64,000 nucleotides of DNA. It comes from Octopus vulgaris. Taxonomy: Eukaryota. The translations under genes and the position numbers were made by a program. Location of the stretch: the NCBI GenBank assembly GCA_951406725.2, contig OX597814.1, positions 193,440,001 to 193,504,000 of the forward strand, in the 5' to 3' direction. Shown one piece after another: positions 27,922 through 42,141 of the stretch. The first letter of the stretch is position 1. Each line of letters opens with the position of its first letter. The notes below the pieces were generated by a model. It ran no database searches. It saw only the letters and a program-made list of their open reading frames with translations, and was not told the DNA's origin.

Positions 27922-30255
27922 CTGCAAGAAAGAAGAAAAAAAAATTATTAGTTGAATTCTAGAGAAATAATTTTGAAAAAACAAAGACAGAAAGTTGAGA
28001 TGTTAGACTGTCAAAGGCGAAAGGTTATAGTGTAGGCTGTCAAAGGTGAAAGGTGAGATGTTACATAGATAAAGATATGAATTTTGAGAGAAAAACATGT
28101 AATATGGATTTGGTTAAAAAGAAACGATGAGCGATGGCTAGAAGAATATTGAGCTTTATTTGATAACCAGCTGATCTAGCAAGCGGGGCCTCATATCAGT
28201 GAGGTGGAGCTGGTGCACATTAATGCCGTGGAGAGGTAGGCCCCGAAACGGCGCGCATTCTCTCCTGATGATCCCATACACTTGCTGGCTTCCGGTATGC
28301 GGAGTTTTTGACTGGTAACACTTGCATGTGCAAGTTGTTTGCAAGACATTTATGAACATAAGAGAACCAGGAGATCTTTAGTGACTCTGAGGCCTAGCGT
28401 TTGGAGATTATAATCGAGTTCTCCAAAACTAGAGTCTGATTAATTGTGAAGCTGTACAGTCTTAAATCAATGAATTTGTGCAAACTTGATGTGAGGCGTC
28501 TGTCTCCTGTAGACGATGTTTGTGTGCGAGAAATATAGATTGAAGTGAAGAGTAATATCATCTTTGTAAAAATGAGCATTGTTAGAAGTAAGCACAAGCA
28601 GGGCATTAATATCCTTTCTACCAAAAGCACAAGGCCTGGAATTTGAGGGGAGTGGGACAGTCGGTTACATCAACTCCAGTGCTCAGCTATTACTTATTTC
28701 ATCTACCCCGAAAGGCAGAGTCGATCTCGAAGGTATTTGAACTCAGAATGTAGCGACAGACGAAATACCTATTTCTTTACTACCCACAAGGGGCTAAACA
28801 CAGAGAGGACAAACAAGGACAGACAAATGGATTAAGTCGATTACATCGACCCCAGTGCGTAACTGGTACTTGCCCACAGGGGGATAAACACAGAGGGGAC
28901 AAACAAAGGGATTAAGTCGATTACATCGATCCCAGCGCGTAACTGGTACTTATTTAATCGACCCCGAAAGAATGAAAGGCAAAGTCGACCTCGGCGAAAT
29001 TTGAACTCTGAACGCAGCGGCAGACGAAATACCGCTAAGCATTTCGCCCGGCGTGCTAACGTTTCTGCCAACTCGTCGCTTTAGGCAGAGCATTAATATC
29101 AATTGGGAAAACGTGAGTGGAACAACCTATGCTTCTTACACCAGGATGTACATCCTTATGTACACAAGAGTGTGCCATAAGGTTATGATGTGCCAAATAT
29201 TTGTTGTCTATGGTTAATATGGTCTTAGAAACGAAGTGAAAACAAGTAAGAAAACGAGGAAAAGAAGCATGGCAATTAGCTGATAGTGGGGAGCTGTCTA
29301 TGCACTACTGAAGAGTTTGGCTAACTGGATATGATAATGTATATGTTCCAAATATAAATGATATATTACAGGAATTTGCAAGAAATAAAAACTGAATACA
29401 AGCAAACACAATCATCCAGATTAAAACATCGTTTTCAATTTTGTTATTTTGTAGTCAACGCTTACTCTTTACTCCCTCTTTACTCTTTTACTTGTTTCAG
29501 TCATTTGACTGCGGCCATGCTGGAGCACAACCTTTAGTCGAGCAAATCAACCACAGGACTTATTCTTTGTAAGCCTAGTACTTATTCTATCTGTCTCTTT
29601 TGCCGAACCGCTAAGTTACGGGGATATGAACACACCAGCATCGGTTGTCAAGCGATGTTGGGGGGACAAACACAGACACACAAACATTTATATATACATA
29701 TACACGACAGGCTTCTTTCAGTTTCTGTCTACCAAATCCACTCACAAGGCTTTGGTCAGCATGAGGCTATAAGTAGAAGACACTTGCCCAAAGTGCCACG
29801 CAGTGGGACTGAACTCGGAACTATGTGGTTGGCAAGCAAGCTACTTACCACACAGCCACTCCTGCGCCTATTTTTTTTTTTTTTCGCAGCCGTTGAAATA
29901 TAGATTTAATTTTTTTCTGAAGTTATGCCTGTGATAGACTTGTTTGTCGGACTTGAAAACTTTTGAACTGTTCCTCATATGTACTTTGCTTAAAAATTCA
30001 CACACACACACACGCGCGCGCGCGCGCATGCACACACACGCACACGAACACACACACATAGGTTCAAAATAACAAAGAACCTTTCAAATAACCCGCTCCC
30101 AAGGCATACTCTTTCCAAAACCCAAGAAAACAAATTCAACCCTTGATTTTTTCCAACTCACATATATATAAAAGGTATAAAGCTTCTATAAAAAAATAAT
30201 TCATGAGGAATCCCTGAACAAATAGTTTTTATCCTCATCCTGGATACATCATATA

Positions 30256-30299
<44 letters not shown>

Positions 30300-30618
30300 A
30301 TACATCCATACACATAATATACATTCATACATACACGCATGCATATTATATCAATTTCTTTTATATGTTTATTTTTCTATACATTTGTCTATCCATCTAT
30401 CGTCTAAATTTCAATCCATAACATTAGTTGTGCAACAAATAAGGAACCCCAATGGGTATGAATCCTACGTGCTATCATTTACACATTTATCCAGTTCGAG
30501 TTTCATCGTTAAAAATGATTTATTTGTATCAATATATATTGATACAAATAAATCATAATTAAGAGACAGAACCTCCATAAAGTAAATTTACGTTGTTAAT
30601 TTTATTTTATGTTATTTA

Positions 30619-30725
30619 GACCTGAAGAGAAGCTATGTATCGTTGGATCGAAGAGATATTAATTTTTGAGATTATCGAATTTGATATTGTCGATTTAAAT
30701 ATATCGTCACGAAACGCGCGTAGTC
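30619..30725 (+). ncRNA. Type I hammerhead motif in a PLE-type insert (about 30555-30960) in the IL-17 intron, antisense to the gene
   Basis: GAC-CUGAAGA...GAAAC-GCGC-GUA^GUC; stem II partly decayed; inverted repeat AAGAGACAGAACCTCCATAAAGTAA at 30561 and 30881. Confidence 0.65.
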
Positions 30726-30965
30726 GTTTAAATGTGCATTATTTAGTATAGTAATTTTAATGTGTATTATTTAGTATAGTAATTTTTAGTACAATATTAA
30801 TAATAAATTAAAATTAATATTTTATTATAGATTATAGATAATATTATTAATTGAATTACTTTATGGAGGTTCTGTCTCTTAAATATATATATAAAATATC
30901 GTGAAATTTGATTTAGTATTACTGAATTGAGTTTGTTGCCTTGGAATTTTATATTCCCTATTATA

Positions 30966-31048
<83 letters not shown>

Positions 31049-31269
31049 TAATAATAATGATAATAATAATAATAATATATATATATATTAAACTAATACA
31101 CTTTCTCATTGTTTATACTTACAAGTATGCTTAAAATGTTCTTTGTCAAAGAACCTATATACTATTAAAAGCTTCATTTTGTTAAATACTGCTAAACTGC
31201 GAAAGGTGTCACATCATACGGACTAACACTGCATTATTATTATTATTATTACTATTATTATTACTTTTT

Positions 31270-31555
31270 TTTTCTTCTTTCAAATTTGCTTCCATTTCTT
31301 ACCGAGTGTCTTCCCGACTCCTAGGGCAAAGAAACTCATAGTATACATTGGTAGGCCATTAAACCAAACTCAATAGTTCGTTCATTTTTTTTTTTAAGTT
31401 AAATTAAAATACATGAGCAGCAACAGTTCTCACATCGACAATGCTCTTCTCAATACGTGTGATGTACCAGTTAAGACAATCTTTTGCACTTCTTGCAGGG
31501 ATGGTAAGCCAGGGATCATTCTCATATAATTTTCGGTTCCCTTCTTGATCATTCC

Positions 31556-31556
<1 letters not shown>
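31270..31556 (-). mobile_element. R4/Dong-like 3' fragment in intronic (TTA)n
   Basis: Encodes MIPGLPSLQEVQKIVLTGTSHVLRRALS plus 3'UTR; absent from the paralogous TTA tract at 2794-2841. Confidence 0.88.
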
Positions 31557-31628
<72 letters not shown>

Positions 31629-31840
31629 ATAAAAAGGATTATTGTTGTGATTTCCTAACTTTTAAATGAGCAGTTAGCCTCTCACTCAAGGAACATTTAA
31701 ACTGTTGTCAGAATTGCCAAGAATTGGTTACATCGTTAACTAATAAATAATAAAGTAGTGAAATAGAACCAGCGCGTATGTTTATGGTTAGCATAATGAC
31801 CCTCCCGAGACACAACAAAAGAACATTTTTAAATTCTTAC

Positions 31841-31864
31841 ATTTTTGATACTGTGAAGAGCCAT
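31841..31864 (-). CDS. IL17: Interleukin-17-like gene, coding exon 1 (MALHSIKN)
   Basis: ATG + 24 nt + GTAAGA phase-0 donor; joins in frame to exon 2 to give a 144-aa precursor with a normal signal peptide. Confidence 0.72.
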
Positions 31865-31922
31865 TCCTGTTCTTCTGAAGAATAATTTCTGGGATTTGGA
31901 ATTTAATTCAAGTTTATTTATG

Positions 31923-32245
31923 TATTTATAATTGGCACGTGATTCAAAGATTATTTCTTCTTGTTTCTGCTACTGTCGGTATTTTCGTTGCTGTTGTTTC
32001 CTTTTCTTTTCTTCCTTTCTGGTGATGTTGGTGCTGGTTATGATGCTTGTAGTTGATGCTGGTAATGGCGATGAGTTTTATTGCTGCCGCCGAACCGAAG
32101 TTTATCTAGTTGGATCAAAGGTCGAAGAAAAATTGCAGAGAATAAAATTGGCAAAAAAGTTTGCAGTGATTCTGAAATGATGTTTGCTCTGTTGAAAAGA
32201 CAGAAACGTTTTGTTGAGGTGTCTTGGCGAATTCCCGTTCTTATA
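31923..32245 (-). promoter_or_regulatory. Candidate promoter/5'UTR of the complete IL-17-like gene (distal TATAAGAA 32245-32238; proximal TATAAATA 31930-31923)
   Basis: Conserved with paralog A; ATG-free leader; kappaB-like GGGAATTCGC just downstream of the distal TATA. Confidence 0.55.
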
Positions 32246-32759
32246 GCATTTAACCAGGATACGAGGCTGAAAATGGTGTATACGTACAAACATACATTCG
32301 CACATACCTACTTACATAATACATGTATACATACATATATATGTACATACACACATATACATACATATAAATATATGTATATATATAGAGATATATATGT
32401 ATGCATGTATCTATTTCTGCGTGTATTCATGCGTGTGTTTATGGGTGGAGGCAGAAGTCGTCTCTGTGAAGCAACGATTAAAATCACTGTCAATGCCGGG
32501 TTTAGTGTAAACAGCTGTTTATTTGTATGTACGTACATATAAATGTATGTGCAAGCGCATCGGTGTTTCTAAGTGTGTTTATGCATATTTATGTGATTCT
32601 GTATGTGGGAAGGTGGATAAGGCACTTGTATTGAGAAAACTTCATAATATGTCCTTCACAAAGTGTGCGTGCGCTTCCGAGTTTCATTAATTATTGTTAG
32701 TGTATAAGTGTGTGTTCCTTCATGTGAAAACGATGTTTCAAATAGACTATTTGCAAATG

Positions 32760-34195
32760 CAACACGAAAAAGATGAACCCATCAAAGGAACACATTACCA
32801 TTTCTGCTAACATGCAATCCGCAACATTAAAGCATTTTTAACATCGTCAAAACAAATTTGCCAGTCATAAAGCAAAGGGAAAAATTAAAACATAATAACT
32901 TATCAAAAACTTATCTTAAGTAAAAGACAATCACATAACCTAAAGAAACTGTTATCGAAGGCAAAATTCAACATGAACAAACAGGGTAAAACATTCACAG
33001 TATCCAAGTGTAATGATAACAGATGTGGAACGTGTCAATACATGTTTAGTGGTAGATCTATTGGAACAAAAGTTGGACAGATTTTTGCAAATGCAGATAT
33101 GAACTGCAAAAGCAGAAATTTAATCTATTGCATTAAATGCCCGAATTGCGAGAAACTACTTATAGGCGAGGCAGGGAACGCATTATCAGAACGCTCACGA
33201 GTCCACAGACAACAAATCCAGAACACCAATGTTGGTCAAATTCCATCGAGCGAACATATAGAGACATGTGGTCAGAAAATGTTTCCAATTTTTTTCCTTT
33301 CCACAAAAAACAAGTGAGGTTGGAAGAGAGATAAAAGAAAAACGGTTTATGAAAATGTTCAAATCTGAACGGAAATAAAAACAATAATATATCAACCAGT
33401 TAATGATGTGGCTTTAAAAAATATCTCTAACACGTCAATATAAACAAATTACCGAATATCGTTACGCCTCACAAATCGTGGTGTTTAAGTTGCATACGGA
33501 TTGGTCAAAACCGTTTTCTAAAAATTCAGCTTGTTGAAGCGTTCTAAGAGGTATTACAGTTATCAAGAACTCAACTGTCAGTTAAACACATTTAAAATCT
33601 GATGATTACTCTATGTATGAAAGCGCTAACTTAACTTTATGAGCGTTACAAAATATATTTTTTTAATGTTAAAATACCAAAATAAAAAACGTGAAAACCA
33701 GACATGTTTTAACTTTATTCAACTGATGCATACATACTGATACATATACATACATACGGAGTGGCTGCTTTCTCGTATACGAGTAAAGCCATTGCGACAA
33801 AGAATCATTAAAATGAGTGATTGATAACGCAATATGAGGTCCTTACATGATTCTTCAGCCCCGCCAAAGATTCGCACATTTTATTGCATAATGCGCAGTT
33901 GTGTTGACTGACAGAAGGAACCGTTGCCACAGTATGAAGTCTTTTAACAGGTCTTTTTCATCCTCCAACAGAACGGCACACCTTTTCCACAGGTTACACA
34001 TGTTCTAAGAGGTATTACAGCTGTCAAGAACTCAACCGTCAGTTAAACACATTTGAAATTTGATGATTACTCTATGTATGAAAGTGCTAATTTAACTTTA
34101 TGAGCATTACAAAATATTTTTTTACTGTTAAAATACCACAATAAAAAACGTGAAAACCAGACCATGTTTTAACTTTATTCAACTGATACATACAT
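32760..34195 (+). mobile_element. Penelope-like element 3' part: GIY-YIG plus tandem terminal repeat (about 33540-33740 and 34003-34195), each with an HHR-like core
   Basis: CNDNRCGTC...NCKSRNLIYCIKCPNCEKLLIGE...ERSRVHRQQI; CUGAUGA...GAAAGCGCUA at 33599-33628 and decayed copy at 34060-34089. Confidence 0.85.
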
Positions 34196-35165
34196 ACATA
34201 CATAATTTACAAGGGATCAATTCCTACAGATTCTTTGTTGGTTGACCAGGCCTGCATGACTCAAGCATTTCCTCTTAAAAATCACACACGTAAAAATCAA
34301 TACAACTCCATTTTCTATTGGTTCTTTGTTCCAAAGCTTTCTCCTGATCTTCTCGTGTTTCCTTCTCTCTCTTTCAGACTTCGAACAACCACTGTGCACA
34401 GATACATACATACATACATACATACATACATACATACATACATACATACATACATACATACATAAATACATATATACATACATACATATATAACACACAC
34501 ACACACACAAACACACACACATATATGTATATTCTCAAATATAAGAGGTGTGGGTTCGAGTACCATGCGCACGGAAAACACTTTTTTTGCAGCCGAGGGT
34601 CAAAATGCCCAAACTCTAGACCATTTTCTTTAGTCAATACACAGTGATCGCTTATAAGCTTTAAAAAAAATTATTTACAGATTATATATATAATCTGCGG
34701 CAATATTTTGACCATATATCACATGGAATTAAGCGGCGGGCATTTTGAACTGGCCATGATGCATACGTGCATATATATGTAGGTATACGTTCGTATATGT
34801 AAGTATTCGTATGTTGTATTTATATATATGTATTTATGTTTCTCATCTGTGTGTATTCTACTGACGATGCAAAGCATTCATAAATGCAAAGTCAGAAATC
34901 CAGGATCTAGAATTATCCAGTAATTTTTTTACTAGTTTCATCTTGTCTCTTTGTTTTCTCTCCGTGTTGATATATGGAAAATTTAGGTGGTTTTAGAGTC
35001 AGATCATGGCTGCTATTTTCAGCATGGTGGTATCTCGTAGATACCCTAACCTAATTTATAATTTTAATAATTATTACCTTTGAAGGTTATTTTTTCCATG
35101 CTGACCACTTGATAAAATCGTTATTTTATTTTTAAATTAACGATCTTATCCTTATATATATATAT

Positions 35166-35957
35166 ACAGGGTGTCCAAAAATGTATACACACTTTAGCCG
35201 CTGGTAACTCAATTGATAACTCAAAGGAAATTCATTCTAAAGTGCTACTAGAAGTGTGAAAACGCAGTTGAAGTGCAAAAACATTTTAGGAGGGAGTTTC
35301 GAACAGATCCACCAACGCGAGTTACCATCACTAGAATTAGAGATGAGTCTGAAGCCGATGGAACTGTTCAGAATGACCACGGGAAGCGTTACGGAAGACC
35401 ACGAACATCGAACTCCCCCCCCCCAAAAAAAAACAAGAAGGAGTACTGGAAACGTATCACCAAAGTCCAAGAAAATCTGTACAGCAAGTGAGTCGCGAGG
35501 TAGGTATTTCGAAATCGTCTGTCCAACGCATTTCGAAGCGTTGTCAATGGAAAAGTTACGTTCCAAGATTAGTCCATGCTATTAAGGACGATTATCCAGA
35601 CCAAAAAGTGTAGTATTGCGAGTGGTACTTGGCACGATTTGTAGAAGATGCGCACTTCCTAACAAAGATTGTGTGGAGTGATGAGGCCACATTCAAATTA
35701 AATGGTTCAATTAACCGCCACAATTGCACCTACTAGGGACCTGAAAATCCGCTTGTTATGGCGGAACATCATGTTAATTTACTAGGAGTTACAGTGTGGT
35801 GAGGCTTATCATCAAGAGGATTAATTGGCCATTTATCATCAAGAGGATTAATTCTCTTTTGGCGCTACTGCAACCGGTCCCGTTTACTTTAACTTGCTGC
35901 AATAGTCTATCATACCAAGCATTAGAGAAGACTATGGTGAGGAGTTTTATTTTCACA
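35166..35957 (+). mobile_element. Tc1/mariner-superfamily transposon 5' part, truncated at the PLE junction
   Basis: TA then CAGGGTGTCC terminus; [21 protein letters not shown]...PENP...VTVWxGLSSRGLI transposase motifs with stops. Confidence 0.8.
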
Positions 35958-37659
35958 AATACCAATGGACCAGCACAAGATCGGTTTAGGAAGGATATTA
36001 TTCAAATGATGAAAACATTCGATCTTAGCATAACTACAGATACCAACCTGTTAGTTGTCAATTTCCTAGATGTATCCTTAGATTTAAATAATATTTACAA
36101 ACCTTATAGGAAGCCCAACGATAGATATTAATGTGGGTTCCTACCATCCCCCCATAGTGTTTAAGAATTTAGTTAAAAACATTAGCAAGAGAATTTCTAG
36201 TCTCTCCTCCGATAGAAACATTTTTATTAATGTTGCCCCAATATATATAATAAAGCCCTAAAAGATAGTGGATTTAGCGAGGAAATAACCTATACACCTG
36301 TTACCAGTCCGGTAATAAAGAAAATTAAAAATAGGAAGAGGAAAACCATCTGGTTCACACCCCCTTACTCACCCAAAGTGACCTTTAATATAGGTAAATA
36401 TTTCTTATCACTTATAGACAGGCATTTTCCAATCAATCATAATTATAGAAAGCTCTTCAATAGGCATAACCTAAAAATTAGTTTTAGCACATTTTTTAAA
36501 TATAATTGCACACAACACACAAAAACAACAAAATGAAACCAGCTATTCATGCAAGGATAAAAAATTTGTGCCCGCTAAATGGAGCTTGCATGTCCGAGAC
36601 CATCATTTATGAAGCCACCATAGACTCTACAAACACTAAGGATATAGTTTCGTCAAAGAAATATGTGGGTCTCACAGAGGGGAATTTCAAAGCCAGGTTG
36701 AACAATCACACCTTGAGCTTCAGACACTGGGATAAAAGGAAAACAACCAAATTATCCAGTTATATATGGTCCTTAAAAGAAAAAGGTTTCAACTATAACA
36801 TTCATTGGAATATCTTAGCCACGTGTAAGCCTTAAACCAACGGCAGTGGAAAGTGCGGTCTTTGTGATATGGAAAGATGGCTTATCTGGAAAAGCTCCTT
36901 AGACCCCGATACATATCTAAATTCAAGAACTGAACTTTTTGGCTCATGTCCACTTATGGTTAAATATTCGTTACGTTTTTGGTCCCCCAAGACTACAGAT
37001 AGAATCTGCTTTTTATATTGTGTCCACATATAAGCATTTCATTTCTTACCTATATATTTTTATATTTCTACATATTTATATATATATATTTTATATATTT
37101 TATTGCTTTATATATTTATATTTTTTTCTATACATTACCTTTCATCCTGCATTTTTGTGCCTGTGCGTAAGGAGACGTGTATATGAACATAACTGTGCGT
37201 GTATGGGTATATATGTGTGCGTGTGCGGTTATGCATATGTGTATGTTTACATATGCATAGATGCATAAATATATATATATGTATGTGGGTGGGTGGGTTT
37301 GCACGTATGCGTTTCACGCGAGAGTGAGTAAATATATGCATATATGCACATGCACGTGGGTGTGCGTGCGCGTATGTGTATGTATGTAAATGCACGCATA
37401 AGCGGATTCTATGAGCGTAGTTTTACCCTCTTTGAGTAATTTTGCTTTCTCCCCATTCAGGTAATTTCCCTTTATTTAACGGTCATTTTCATAGCATTTT
37501 TGTTTGTCTTAATAACTGACGAGATGACGGGGCAGACCTCCGCCCCGACATCCGATACTCTGAGTTTCATTATGGCAACCGACTAATTGTCACATATTAT
37601 GATATAGACAAATTCCTTTATTTACATAATATCGAGGTTTCATTCATTCATTTGCTGTC

Positions 37660-37665
<6 letters not shown>
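35958..37665 (+). mobile_element. Penelope-like element relic, Naiad-type (RT C-terminus, GIY-YIG, 3' region with decayed HHR at 37511-37570)
   Basis: VNFLDVSLDL..YKPYRKPN, RKRKTIWFTPPYS, CPLNGAC...IIYEATI...YVGLTEGNFKARLNNH, KCGLC...LNSRTEL..SC; frameshifted. Confidence 0.88.
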
Positions 37666-37733
<68 letters not shown>

Positions 37734-37807
37734 AATTCGGGGTGAGTACTTGATAATTGTAAGCACCTGTATATACCGTTTGGTGGTGTAGGTGGAGGAG
37801 TAAATTG

Positions 37808-38477
37808 ATCAAAATAAAAACATGATGCCAAGGATTCAGCGGTACATATGTTTCGGGTCTTTATTAGACAGATTTATAACAATGCATAATGTATGTCTGT
37901 GGCCTTCTTCAGCCGCGCACAACAACTTCCACAAGGACATGTGTTACATCAAAAATTCTTGGTTGGGGATGCAAATCCTCTCATTCGCGTACGACATAAT
38001 GCGGCAGCAGCATAGAATTGAAGCGTCCATCTCGTTCTTCTCTCAATGTAGAATGAGGGAATTTAGATGTTGAAGTAATGTAAATAAATTAACAAATAAA
38101 TACATATATAGACGTGAAGGGACCTGGTGATAAGAGTAAATAGGGGTATTTACTCTTATCACCAGGTCCCTTCACGTCTATATATGTATTTATTTGTTAA
38201 TTTATTTACATTACTTCAACATCTAAATTCCCTCATTCTACATTGAGAGAAGAACGAGATGGACGCTTCAATTCTATGCTGCTGCCGCATTATGTCGTAC
38301 GCGAATGAGAGGATTTGCATCCCCAACCAAGAATTTTTGATGTAACACATGTCCTTGTGGAAGTTGTTGTGCGCGGCTGAAGAAGGCCACAGACATACAT
38401 TATGCATTGTTATAAATCTGTCTAATAAAGACCCGAAACATATGTACCGCTGAATCCTTGGCATCATGTTTTTATTT

Positions 38478-38481
<4 letters not shown>
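37808..38481. repeat. Apparently perfect inverted repeat, 335-bp arms, 4-nt GGGG loop
   Basis: 37808-38142 is the reverse complement of 38147-38481; the ORF track gives the same peptide on both strands. Confidence 0.95.
38373..38450 (+). ncRNA. Type I hammerhead ribozyme (mirror copy at 37839-37916 on minus)
   Basis: GCGG-CUGAAGA...GAAAC-AUAU-GUA^CCGC; base of stem II imperfect. Confidence 0.72.
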
Positions 38482-38534
<53 letters not shown>

Positions 38535-38554
38535 TATACATATATATACATATA

Positions 38555-39866
38555 TCACAATCAAGGAATGGCCATAATAGGCCATTCACCCACTAGAAAT
38601 AACAGCCAAAGCTTCAACCGCAAAATAACATTAATTCCGCAAACCAGGAGAAAATTAAAAAAACATTTACCCTGTAATTTCTTATACGATGCACCGTTTC
38701 ATCTATTGTTTAATGGTAAACTAACCTGATTAAATTAAATCAAGCCAATCTTCCATAGGCCGATAGATTCGTCAGTAAGAAACAGCCAGATCCGAGCAGA
38801 TATTATCACGAGGCACCTCTATCCCTGCCTCGGCAATATCTGACCTAAAATTTTCAAATCATCGCACTCGCGCCAAATTTATCGGCAGCAAATATAAGCC
38901 GCCGATTCCATTACGGAATTAACCAGAAAATTCATAATTAATCAATATAGGGTGGCAAAAAATTTCGTAGAATTTATTTGCCACCAGCGGCCTAGTGGGA
39001 AAAAATTAAATAGTCATAGACCATTTATAAGTTCAACATCACAATCAAGGAATGGCCATAATAGGCCATTCACCCACTTGGCTTGATTGGCTTGATTTAA
39101 TTTAATCAGGTTAGTTTACCATTAAACAATAGATGAAACGGTGCATCGTATAAGAAATTACAGGGTAAATGTTTTTTTAATTCTCCTGGTTTGCGGAATT
39201 AATGTTATTTTGCGGTTGAAGCTTTGGCTGTTATTTCTAGTGGGTGAATGGCCTATTTTGGCCATTCCTTGATTGTGATGTTGAACTTATAAATGGTCTA
39301 TGACTATTTAATTTTTTCCCACTAGGCCGCTGGTGGCAAATAAATTCTACGAAATTTTTTGCCACCCTATATTGATTAATTATGAATTTTCTGGTTAATT
39401 CCGTAATGGAATCGGCAGCTTATATTTGCTGCCGATAAATTTGGCGCGAGTGCGATGATTTGAAAATTTTAGGTCAGATATTGCCGAGGCAGGGATAGAG
39501 GTGCCTCGTGATAATATCTGCTCGGATCTGGCTGTTTCTTACTGACGAATCTATCGGCCTATGGAAGATTGGCTTGATTTAATTTAATCAGGTTAGTTTA
39601 CCATTAAACAATAGATGAAACGGTGCATCGTATAAGAAATTACAGGGTAAATGTTTTTTTAATTTTCTCCTGGTTTGCGGAATTAATGTTATTTTGCGGT
39701 TGAAGCTTTGGCTGTTATTTCTAGTGGGTGAATGGCCTATTATGGCCATTCCTTGATTGTGATGTTGAACTTATAAATGGTCTATGACTATTTAATTTTT
39801 TCCCACTAGGCCGCTGGTGGCAAATAAATTCTACGAAATTTTTTGCCACCCTATATTGATTAATTA
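38555..39866. mobile_element. Tandem and inverted array of an about 483-bp HHR-containing unit in (TA)n
   Basis: About 1.1 units in one orientation (38555-39078), then about 1.6 units inverted (39089-39866); periods 484 and 482 bp. Confidence 0.88.
39538..39636 (+). ncRNA. Type I hammerhead ribozyme (identical copy at 38681-38779 on minus)
   Basis: CUUA-CUGACGA-AUCUAU...AUAGAU-GAAAC-GGUGCAUC-GUA^UAAG; all three stems pair. Confidence 0.85.
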
Positions 39867-39925
39867 TATATACATATATATATAAATATACATATATATA
39901 TATATATGCATATATATACACACAC

Positions 39926-41045
<1,120 letters not shown>

Positions 41046-41064
41046 AATATACATATATATATAC

Positions 41065-41124
<60 letters not shown>

Positions 41125-41158
41125 ACATGTACATACATATATATATATATACATATAC

Positions 41159-41189
<31 letters not shown>

Positions 41190-41359
41190 CATATATATAC
41201 ATAAACATATATATATACATATACATATATATATACATATACATATATATATATATACAAATACATATATATATATACATATACATAAATATATATACAT
41301 ATATATATATACATATATATACACATATATACACACATATATATATATGTATATATGTA

Positions 41360-41419
<60 letters not shown>

Positions 41420-41626
41420 TATATTATATAAGCCCCCAAAAGACGAGATAGTCATGGCTGGAAACCGTTGGTCATAGGGTGGATCAATTACGGTTCACCG
41501 AAGGTTTAACAGCCACAACCAGTACTGTACTATGGGGGTATAACAACAACATCAACTACAACAATACCTACTACAACAACAACAACAACTGTCGCTGCTA
41601 CAACAACAACAACAACAACAACAACA

Positions 41627-41691
<65 letters not shown>

Positions 41692-42110
41692 ATCAATAAT
41701 AACAACTTTGATTAGGATGTCAACAGTATAACCTTGAGTAGCGAATTTCCTTTTAAGGCGTGAAGAGTAGCCGTTGTATGATGTCAAACTTCCAGCGGAA
41801 CTGACACTTCTTGCAACAAGCTGAATGGTCCGTATTCGCTTCTCAATGAATAGGAAAAAAGGAAAAAAAAAAAACACAGGATATCAATCCAGCATGGAAT
41901 GTACATAATTGTAATATGTGTAACAATAACAAGTGATTCTGAGTGGTGCCAGTAAACAGTATGTCGCATGAATACGTATGCTTTACACACATAATTTCAT
42001 ATATAAAACACACACACACACTCATGTACACACACAGGCGCGCACTTACACACACATATACATATATACATACATACATACATACATACATACATACATA
42101 CATACATACA

Positions 42111-42141
<31 letters not shown>

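Larger units (their letters stand above)
30300..32760. repeat. Segmental duplication, copy B (promoter, exon 1 and start of intron of the complete IL-17-like gene)
   Basis: See 2305-4110. Confidence 0.92.

Noticed and set aside
27922-27984. N-terminal 21 aa of the 157-aa ORF
   Set aside because: Polypyrimidine tract and AG acceptor of the intron; TTG start
28185-28305. GAAAC and CTGATGA close together, possible type II hammerhead
   Set aside because: Stem I and stem II do not pair in any permutation I tried
37822-38551. Identical 83-aa ORF on both strands
   Set aside because: A consequence of the palindrome; no recognisable domain
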